In this document: one piece after another, positions 56,766-64,000 of the stretch | Position numbering within the stretch: the first letter of the stretch is position 1 | Layout: each line of letters begins with the position of its first letter | Assembly: GCA_038063735.1 (NCBI GenBank) | Contig: JBBTUN010000005.1 | Location: 953 to 64,952 of the forward strand | Length of the DNA: 64,000 nt | Reading direction: 5' to 3' | DNA from: Patescibacteria group bacterium | Lineage (GTDB): Bacteria > Patescibacteriota > Microgenomatia > Curtissbacterales > GWA2-41-24 | Position numbers and translations under genes: made by a program | Notes under the pieces: generated by a model | What the model saw: only the letters and a program-made list of their open reading frames with translations | Told to the model about the DNA's origin: nothing | The model's database searches: none

Positions 56766-59699
56766 ATGGACAAAATCATCATCAAAGGCGCTCGCGAGCA
56801 TAATCTCAAAAATGTTAATGTCGAAATAGCTAAAAACAGTCTAATAGTCTTTACCGGTCTTTCCGGCTCCGGAAAATCATCACTGGCTTTTGACACAATT
56901 TACGCAGAAGGCCAACGCAGATATGTCGAATCTCTGGCATCCTACGCCCGCCAATTTTTGGGTGTTATGGATAAGCCAGACGTAGACTCAATCGAAGGTT
57001 TGTCTCCGGCAATTTCCATAGACCAAAAATCAACGTCTCACAATCCACGGTCAACTGTCGGTACGGTCACCGAGATATACGATTACATGCGCCTGTTGTT
57101 TGCCCGCGTCGGCCACCCACATTGCCCTGTTTGCGGCCGCGAAATTTCTCACCAATCGCCGCAACAAATAGTCGAAGAAATTCAAAAGCTAGGGTCTGTC
57201 AAAGGTCAAACGTCAAAAATTCTTCTGCTATCCCCTGTCGTTAGGGACAGAAAAGGAGAATTTAAAGATCTTTTTGCCGATCTTCTGAAAAAAGGCTACA
57301 GGCAAGCCAGAATCGATGGTGTAGTAAAAGATATTGATGAGGATTTCATCCTGATTAAAACAAACAAGCATACGGTAGACGTTGTCATCGACCGCCTAAA
57401 TTTACCGGCCGAAAAAACCCGATTAACTCAGTCGGTTGAACAGGGTTTAAAACTGGCAGAAGGAACAATAATTGCTGCCGAAATCCTGGATAAATCATTC
57501 GAAATACCAATCTATCCAAAAGAGTTAAAAGCCCACTTGTTTTCCGAAAAACTAACGTGCCCCATAGACAACATTTCCTTACCCGAAATTGAGCCAAGGT
57601 CTTTTTCTTTTAATTCTCCTCACGGTGCCTGTCCAACCTGCAACGGGCTCGGCACACTTAGAAAAGTGGACCCGAATATTGTTATTAATAAAAATTTGTC
57701 CATTGCCGAAGGCGCGATATTGCCATGGGCAAGAATGGTGGGGACAGATTCTTGGTCTTGGAGGGTTCTGGAAACTGTTTGCCGTGAAGAAAACATACCC
57801 TTAAACGAAGATTTCCGTGATCTGCCTGCCGACAAGCAGGAGCTTATTTTAGAAGGTTCATCAAACCAGTTTAAAGTTAAGGGCCCCAACAGATTTGGCA
57901 AGATAGTTACCTGGGAAACCCAATTTGAAGGCGTAGTGCCTTCATTGGAAAAAAAATACAACACCACAGAATCTGATTTTGTAAGACGCGAGGTAGAAAA
58001 ATTTATGCTTGTGGATATTTGCGAAACTTGTTTGGGTTCTCGCCTCAAACCGGAAACCCTATCAATTAGCATAGACAAAAAATCCATAGCAGACACAGCC
58101 GAGCTTTCTGTGCAAAAATTACACGATTGGTTACTGTCCGTAAATGCCGAAAAATCGCAAGTATTAACAGATCGCGAAAAAATCATTGCAAAGCCAATAT
58201 TAAAGGAGCTAACGGCCCGGGTACAGTTTCTCCTGGACGTTGGCCTGGAATACTTAACAATCGCCAGGAGTGCTACAACTCTGGCAGGAGGCGAGGCCCA
58301 GAGAATCAGGTTGGCGTCACAAATCGGGTCCGGTTTATCCGGAGTGCTGTATGTGCTGGACGAACCTTCAATTGGCCTGCATGCCAGGGACAACAACAGG
58401 CTAATAAGCACCTTAATCAAACTTAAAAATCTGCAAAACACAGTAATTGTAGTGGAGCACGATAGCGAAATGATGATGGCCGCAGACAATCTTTTGGATT
58501 TTGGTCCGGGGGCGGGGGAGCATGGAGGCAAAATAATTTCTCAAGGCACCCCAACCCACGTAATGAACGACATCAGATCCATAACAGGTAAGTATTTATC
58601 CGGCAAAAAGAAGATAAAAATTTCAAGTTCTCAATTTAAAGAAGAGGCGCTTGTTGCATTAAAAGGCCCCAACGCCTATCAGAATGAAGAAAATGGCAGC
58701 AAATACTTAAAACTACTTGGCGCAAGAGAACACAACCTGAAAAATATAGATGTTACTTTTCCGCTTGGAAAATTTATTACGATTACCGGAGTTTCCGGAT
58801 CAGGTAAGTCCACGCTGGTTCACGACGTACTTTACCGCGCACTTTCTCAAGAACTTTACTCCTCTAAGGAAAAACCCGGAGCGCATGACAAAGTCGAAGG
58901 AGTCGAAAACGTTGATAAAGTCATCCTTATAGACCAATCGCCAATCGGCAGGACTCCCCGCTCCAACCCGGCAACATACACGGGTGCATTCACCTACATC
59001 CGGGAATTATTTTCTAAATCCCTGGATGCAAGGGTAAGAGGTTACACACCTGGGAGATTTTCATTTAACGTTAAAGGCGGAAGGTGCGAAGCATGTGAGG
59101 GCGAGGGTCAGGTTAAAATAGAAATGCAATTTTTACCGGATGTTTATGTCGATTGCGAAGTTTGTGCGGGAAAGCGCTATAACGAGGAAGCGCTGGAAGT
59201 CCACTACAAGGGAAAAAATATATCGGATGTTCTGGAAATGACTGTAGAAACCGCCCTTGCGTTTTTTGAAAATGTTCCTCAAATCAAAACAAAACTGGAA
59301 ACGATCTATGATGTTGGCTTGGGCTACATACATCTTGGCCAGCCGGCCCCAACCCTCTCCGGCGGAGAAGCCCAGCGTGTTAAATTGGCAACAGAACTAT
59401 CAAAGAGGTCAACGGGCCGCACCGTTTATATACTGGACGAACCAACAACGGGCTTGCATTTTGCAGATATCGAAAGATTGCTGCTTATCTTAAAACGCCT
59501 GGTTGCCGTTGGTAATACGGTTGTTATTATCGAGCACAATATGGACGTTATAGCAAACGCAGACTGGATAATAGATCTTGGCCCAGAAGGCGGCGATGGC
59601 GGCGGGGAAATCATAGTCGAAGGAACACCAACTCAAGTCGCCCAGCACACAAAGTCTTATACAGCCAAATTTCTAAAAAAGCACCTGGAAAGAAAATAA
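56766..59699 (+). CDS. uvrA: Excinuclease ABC subunit A
   Basis: Two ABC domains ([16 protein letters not shown]), Zn fingers, LSGGEAQR. Confidence 0.98.
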   Translation: MDKIIIKGAREHNLKNVNVEIAKNSLIVFTGLSGSGKSSLAFDTIYAEGQRRYVESLASYARQFLGVMDKPDVDSIEGLSPAISIDQKSTSHNPRSTVGTVTEIYDYMRLLFARVGHPHCPVCGREISHQSPQQIVEEIQKLGSVKGQTSKILLLSPVVRDRKGEFKDLFADLLKKGYRQARIDGVVKDIDEDFILIKTNKHTVDVVIDRLNLPAEKTRLTQSVEQGLKLAEGTIIAAEILDKSFEIPIYPKELKAHLFSEKLTCPIDNISLPEIEPRSFSFNSPHGACPTCNGLGTLRKVDPNIVINKNLSIAEGAILPWARMVGTDSWSWRVLETVCREENIPLNEDFRDLPADKQELILEGSSNQFKVKGPNRFGKIVTWETQFEGVVPSLEKKYNTTESDFVRREVEKFMLVDICETCLGSRLKPETLSISIDKKSIADTAELSVQKLHDWLLSVNAEKSQVLTDREKIIAKPILKELTARVQFLLDVGLEYLTIARSATTLAGGEAQRIRLASQIGSGLSGVLYVLDEPSIGLHARDNNRLISTLIKLKNLQNTVIVVEHDSEMMMAADNLLDFGPGAGEHGGKIISQGTPTHVMNDIRSITGKYLSGKKKIKISSSQFKEEALVALKGPNAYQNEENGSKYLKLLGAREHNLKNIDVTFPLGKFITITGVSGSGKSTLVHDVLYRALSQELYSSKEKPGAHDKVEGVENVDKVILIDQSPIGRTPRSNPATYTGAFTYIRELFSKSLDARVRGYTPGRFSFNVKGGRCEACEGEGQVKIEMQFLPDVYVDCEVCAGKRYNEEALEVHYKGKNISDVLEMTVETALAFFENVPQIKTKLETIYDVGLGYIHLGQPAPTLSGGEAQRVKLATELSKRSTGRTVYILDEPTTGLHFADIERLLLILKRLVAVGNTVVIIEHNMDVIANADWIIDLGPEGGDGGGEIIVEGTPTQVAQHTKSYTAKFLKKHLERK

Positions 59700-59747
59700 T
59701 ATAGAAACACTTGATACTAAATACGAGATACCGGATACTAGAAGTAG

Positions 59748-61628
59748 ATGCAAACTCTTGCCCGAATCATTATTCTTCCTATCCTGTTTTTTACATGTTA
59801 CCTATTACTTTTTACGTTTCCCGCCCGTGCGGAGGGCGAATTTAAAACCAGTTACAAAGTTCATTATCAAATAGAGAATACCGGCCAAACTACAGTTACC
59901 CAAACAGTTACCTTAGAAAATCAAACACCTAATTTTTACGCTGATAAATTTGAGTTAAAGATTGGCTCCACAAAAATAAACAATTTAAAAGCGCGAGACG
60001 AATCTGGGGACCTGGAAACGGGCGTTAAGTTTGAAAATAACGTCACAACCATAAACATTAAGTTTAACCAGCGTGTAATTGGACAGGGAAAAACGCTGAC
60101 ATTTAATTTAAGTTACACAACAGGAGAAATTGCCACAAAATCCGGTCAAATTTGGGAAATATCTGTTCCCAAGCTAGCCAAATCCCCCGATCTGGGCGCC
60201 TACGATGTAACTGTAGCTCTGCCCCGAGGATTTGGTCCAAATGCTTTCGCAATTCCCGAACCCCTAAGTGTTACGCAAGGAGCACAAACTCAAGAATTTA
60301 TTTTCAACCGGGACCAATTGCTAACTTCTGGTATTGCCATGTCTTTCGGCCAGAAGCAGGTTTTTTCCTTTAGCTTAAAGTACTTTTTAGAAAATACTAA
60401 CTTAACATCCCAAACGTACAGCATTACATTGCCTCCGGACAATAATTATCAAAAAATAGTCATAGGCAAAATTGAACCCGCGCCAATAGATGTGGTTGTA
60501 GACGACGATGGAAACTTTTTGGCAAAATATAAGCTTAGACCTAAGGAAAAACTTTCAATACTGGTTGACGGTGACGTTGAAGTGTTCTCCAGGCCATTCC
60601 GTAAAATTAATGTTAACCTGTCCCAGGCACAGCGGGAAACATATACACAACCGCAGAGGTATTGGGAAACAGACAACGCCTTTATAAAAGATAAAGCCAA
60701 AGAATTAAAAACTCCGGAAAAAATTTACGCCTTTGTCACCGACTTTTTAAGCTACAACAATGACAGGCTGAACTTACCCAAAATAGAAAGAAAAGGGGCC
60801 GTCGCCGCTTATTCTGCCCCCAAAGATTCTGTTTGCATGGAGTTTACAGATCTGTTTATAGCAATCGCCAGAGCTGCAAAAATACCTAGCAGAGAAGTAC
60901 AAGGTTATGCCTATACACAAAACGAAAGACTCAGGCCGCTCTCTCTAAACCTCTACCAGGGAGACGTGCTGCACGCATGGCCCGAATATTGGGATAACGA
61001 AATGGGTTGGGTGCAAATTGACCCGACTTGGGCTTCAACCTCCGGTGGGCTAGATTATTTTAACAAGCTGGATTTTAACCACATCACCTTTATCCAAAGA
61101 GGTACATCATCCACACTGCCATATCCCGCCGGAGCCTATAAAGGCGAAAACCAGCGGAGCGAAAAGACGGTATTTGTGCAATTTGCCCAGGATTTGCCTA
61201 CTCCCACAAGCATTGCCCAGATAGAAGCGGGTGGCCCCAAGCGTGCATTTGCCTCATTTCCATTCAAAGTAAAGGCAAACCTTATTAACACAGGCTCAAC
61301 ATCCATTATCGGAAAAAGTTTAGAAATAAATACAATTAACCTTAACAACAGGCAGGACCAAACAGTAGACATCCCCATTTTGCCTCCTTTTGCCCACAAA
61401 ACTTACGAATTAAATTTTCAAACAGATGGCCTCTTTAAAGCTACAAACGCGGCCGTTATTTTTGCCTTTGCCGATGTTCAAACAACAAAACCAATAGTAG
61501 TTGAACCCATTTATAAAGTGCTAATGGACCCGATGTTCATCGTAAGCATACTTACCCTAATTGTCATAACACTAAGCGGGTTATTTATTTACAAAAAAGT
61601 TCACAGCAGCCATAAACACAACTTTTAA
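59748..61628 (+). CDS. Membrane-anchored transglutaminase-like domain protein
   Basis: Signal peptide; VCMEF, HAWPE, IDPTW triad; C-terminal TM. Confidence 0.88.
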   Translation: MQTLARIIILPILFFTCYLLLFTFPARAEGEFKTSYKVHYQIENTGQTTVTQTVTLENQTPNFYADKFELKIGSTKINNLKARDESGDLETGVKFENNVTTINIKFNQRVIGQGKTLTFNLSYTTGEIATKSGQIWEISVPKLAKSPDLGAYDVTVALPRGFGPNAFAIPEPLSVTQGAQTQEFIFNRDQLLTSGIAMSFGQKQVFSFSLKYFLENTNLTSQTYSITLPPDNNYQKIVIGKIEPAPIDVVVDDDGNFLAKYKLRPKEKLSILVDGDVEVFSRPFRKINVNLSQAQRETYTQPQRYWETDNAFIKDKAKELKTPEKIYAFVTDFLSYNNDRLNLPKIERKGAVAAYSAPKDSVCMEFTDLFIAIARAAKIPSREVQGYAYTQNERLRPLSLNLYQGDVLHAWPEYWDNEMGWVQIDPTWASTSGGLDYFNKLDFNHITFIQRGTSSTLPYPAGAYKGENQRSEKTVFVQFAQDLPTPTSIAQIEAGGPKRAFASFPFKVKANLINTGSTSIIGKSLEINTINLNNRQDQTVDIPILPPFAHKTYELNFQTDGLFKATNAAVIFAFADVQTTKPIVVEPIYKVLMDPMFIVSILTLIVITLSGLFIYKKVHSSHKHNF

Positions 61629-61665
61629 AAATTCTTCTGGAAGAATAATGTAAAATTAGGGCGCT

Positions 61666-62922
61666 ATGACTAGTCTCGAACGAGAAATTGCAATTCTTCC
61701 CAAGAACCCCGGTATCTACAAATTTTATGATAATGCGGGAAAACTGCTGTATGTGGGGAAATCGGTCTCTATTAAAAAACGTGTCGCTTCGTACTTTGCA
61801 AAAGCAGACCTTGGCCCCAAAACAAATAAATTAGTCAAACAAATTGACCATGTAGAATATATAAAAGTATTTTCCGAATTCGAAGCGCTGCTTTTGGAAT
61901 CCGATTTAATAAGAACATACAAACCGTTTTACAATATCCAGGCCAAAGACGACAAAAGCCCCCTCTACATTAAAATTACCAAAGGAGAAATACCGCGCGT
62001 GGAAACAACTAGGAAACAAAATGCGCAAAGAGGCGATTATCTTAAAGGACCATTCCCGTCTGCACTCAACACCCGCGACGTCTTAAGAGTGATCAGAAGA
62101 ATTTTTCCCTATTGTCATCATAAAAATGCCAAAAATCCTTGCCTATATGTGCACCTGGGCCTTTGCCCCTATCCCTACAGTGACACGAACACGAGACAAA
62201 AATACCAAGTAACGATAGCGAAAATAAAAAAACTCCTAAGCGGCAAAAGCAAAGAACTCATGCGTCAGCTTAAAAAAGAAATGCAACAACTCTCCGGCGA
62301 GCAAAAATATGAAGAAGCTCAAAAAATAAAACGACAGATTGAAAAGTTAGATTATATTACCACAAGCTACCGCCCACCACGGGAATTTCTGGAAAGGCCA
62401 ACTCTCGTCGATGACCTGCAGGCCAAAAAGCTAGAAAGCCTTAAAAATGAACTTAACTTGCCAAAGGTTCCCAAAAGGATCGAGTGTTACGACATAAGCA
62501 ATATAAGTGGCAAACATTCAACCGGGTCTATGGTAGTTTTTACCAATGGCAAAAGCGAAAAAGGGGAGTATAGAAGATTTAAGATAAAATTTTTAAATAC
62601 TCCAAACGATTTTGAGATGATAAAACAGGTTCTCACACGTCGGTTTAAAAATAATTGGCCGGATGCTGACCTCATAATTATTGACGGAGGTCTCGGCCAA
62701 CTTTCCAGCGCAAACGAAGCTGCGGTAAAATTTAACAAAAGAATGCCAATTGTCGGCCTTGCCAAGAAACTTGAGGAAATATACACAACAGACTCAAAAA
62801 AACCAATTTCTCTTCCAAAAGAAAGTCCGGCCAGGCAATTAGCGCAAGCAATTAGGGATGAAGCGCACAGATTTGCCATCACTTACCACCGCAAACTTCG
62901 CTCAAAAGCATTCCTTACTTAA
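61666..62922 (+). CDS. uvrC: Excinuclease ABC subunit C (short form)
   Basis: GIY..YVGKS, UVR domain, RIECYDIS, IIDGG.GQ, RDEAHRFA; ends before the HhH domain. Confidence 0.92.
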   Translation: MTSLEREIAILPKNPGIYKFYDNAGKLLYVGKSVSIKKRVASYFAKADLGPKTNKLVKQIDHVEYIKVFSEFEALLLESDLIRTYKPFYNIQAKDDKSPLYIKITKGEIPRVETTRKQNAQRGDYLKGPFPSALNTRDVLRVIRRIFPYCHHKNAKNPCLYVHLGLCPYPYSDTNTRQKYQVTIAKIKKLLSGKSKELMRQLKKEMQQLSGEQKYEEAQKIKRQIEKLDYITTSYRPPREFLERPTLVDDLQAKKLESLKNELNLPKVPKRIECYDISNISGKHSTGSMVVFTNGKSEKGEYRRFKIKFLNTPNDFEMIKQVLTRRFKNNWPDADLIIIDGGLGQLSSANEAAVKFNKRMPIVGLAKKLEEIYTTDSKKPISLPKESPARQLAQAIRDEAHRFAITYHRKLRSKAFLT

Positions 62923-62983
62923 AACAAATCTATATTGAAACTGTGAACTATTAACGATAAACTATTAACTAACCAATCTGTCC

Positions 62984-63385
62984 ATGCGTCACTATTTAAA
63001 ATCGGTTCTTATAACAATTGCGGCCTTTTACATAACATATACTATGGTTCCCGCGATTAATGTTGGACCAGATCCCAAAAACTGGCTTCTAGTTCTAGGT
63101 GGCCTCTGGATTATTTCTCAGGTGGTTAGCCCCATATTCTCGTTGGTTTTACTGCCTGTCAATATCCTTACATTTGGCCTCGTCTCCTTCCTTTTAAATA
63201 TCGCCTTTGTATTTGCACTTCTAAATTTTCTGCCGGGGTTTAATGTTGGTGCCTATAATTTTGCGGGGACCCAGGTCCAGGGTGTTATTTTTCCGCCTGT
63301 TTTTCTGAATCAAATTGCAACTATTGCGCTTGTCGCCACACTAATTACCATTCTTCAAAAACTTTTCCATATTATTTTTGAGTAA
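62984..63385 (+). CDS. 4-TM membrane protein, phage holin family IV (YvlD-like)
   Basis: PI..L..LP.N.LTFGL..F.LN. Confidence 0.8.
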   Translation: MRHYLKSVLITIAAFYITYTMVPAINVGPDPKNWLLVLGGLWIISQVVSPIFSLVLLPVNILTFGLVSFLLNIAFVFALLNFLPGFNVGAYNFAGTQVQGVIFPPVFLNQIATIALVATLITILQKLFHIIFE

Positions 63386-63442
63386 TATGGCGCCAATTCG
63401 ACTTTTTATATCGCGTTAAGTTAATATACGCTAAAGTTTATT

Positions 63443-64000
63443 ATGCTTGGTACATTTTTAAGGCATTATTTAGAATTGCCGCAGGAAAATAAAAAAATAG
63501 TTTGCCTGGGCGGCGGTGTTGGAACCTCCCAAATTTTAGCGGGCCTGAGAAAATACGAGCACGAGATTACGGCCATAGTATCTATGGCAGACGATGGGGG
63601 CTCGGCTGGCCGGTTAAGACGGGCATTTCAAGTACCGCCCCCGGGAGACCTTATAAACTGTTTAGCCGCGCTTTCCGACGAAGAATCAATAGTCAGGAAT
63701 CTTTTCTTATACAGGTTTGAGGGGAAAAGACAAGGCAAAGACACAGATTTGGGCGGCCAAAAACTGGGGAACCTTATATTCGTTGCCCTAACCGAAATTT
63801 GCAAAGGTGACACTAATAAAGCTCTCGAAGAACTCTCAAAAATTATTTCCTCGCGGGGTCGCGTACTTCCGGCAACAATGGGTGACGTTAATATATGGGC
63901 AAAAGCTAAAAACGGCAAAAAAATATATGGCGAAAAAAACATCGACCTTGGAAAATATAATGGCACCCGGACACTGGACCAGGTTTATCTGGACCCCCCG
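63443..64000 (+). CDS. yvcK: YvcK/GlmR (CofD-like) family protein, 3' truncated by the window edge
   Basis: Not in ORF track; reads KIVCLGGGVGTSQILAGL..ITAIVSMADDGGSAGRLR..PPGDLINCLAALS. Confidence 0.92.
   Translation, partial: MLGTFLRHYLELPQENKKIVCLGGGVGTSQILAGLRKYEHEITAIVSMADDGGSAGRLRRAFQVPPPGDLINCLAALSDEESIVRNLFLYRFEGKRQGKDTDLGGQKLGNLIFVALTEICKGDTNKALEELSKIISSRGRVLPATMGDVNIWAKAKNGKKIYGEKNIDLGKYNGTRTLDQVYLDPP

Noticed and set aside
57620-58531. 303-aa antisense ORF within uvrA, and similar shadow ORFs such as 13000-13530 and 3185-3652
   Set aside because: Antisense shadows of conserved genes with no independent motifs
61666-62922. uvrC as a pseudogene because it lacks the HhH domain
   Set aside because: Both nuclease domains are intact, the stop is clean and no HhH remnant follows; a short natural form is more likely
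62984-63385. Holin as a prophage indicator
   Set aside because: YvlD-like family sits in a housekeeping uvrC-yvcK context with no phage genes nearby

Overview
Chromosomal window from a compact, low-GC bacterium using the standard genetic code. Gene content and style point to Patescibacteria/CPR, probably Microgenomates (inference). Most of it is housekeeping: polX/PHP, lemA, prs-pyrF-pyrE-pyrD, htpX, gatCAB, dnaE, rplS-rnhB-yraN, rpe, PBP1A, alkA, dinB, xseAB, holA-like, ppsA-eno-gpmI, rsmI, lexA, uvrB/A/C, yvcK, tRNA-Glu(TTC) and tRNA-Lys(TTT). The standout is 28.7-34.2 kb: four compact 0.9-2.3 kb gene units in tandem against the 3' end of tRNA-Glu. Each starts with a degenerate ~120 bp repeat whose first 12 bp resemble the antisense tRNA 3' end and whose body encodes a conserved peptide (V.PRFSQWN..F.E.KSLYS...YL.LGS*). 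I infer these are displaced C-termini of an integrase with an intragenic attP, which would make this an integron-like, tRNA-anchored array of integrase-less mini-cassettes. Cargo is a methyltransferase-like gene, two TA-like pairs and a GNAT+deacetylase pair. Also seen: a candidate Lys-rich leader-peptide attenuator on the GNAT/deacetylase operon, a TTCGG-N6-TT(C/T)GG LexA box shared by lexA and a dinB cassette, a probable ~58-nt sRNA, a class 1A-like PyrD with Ser at the catalytic Cys position, a frameshifted ECF sigma factor, nested REP-like palindromes, heptamer repeats and widespread leaderless promoters. All family calls are from motif recognition by eye, not database searches.
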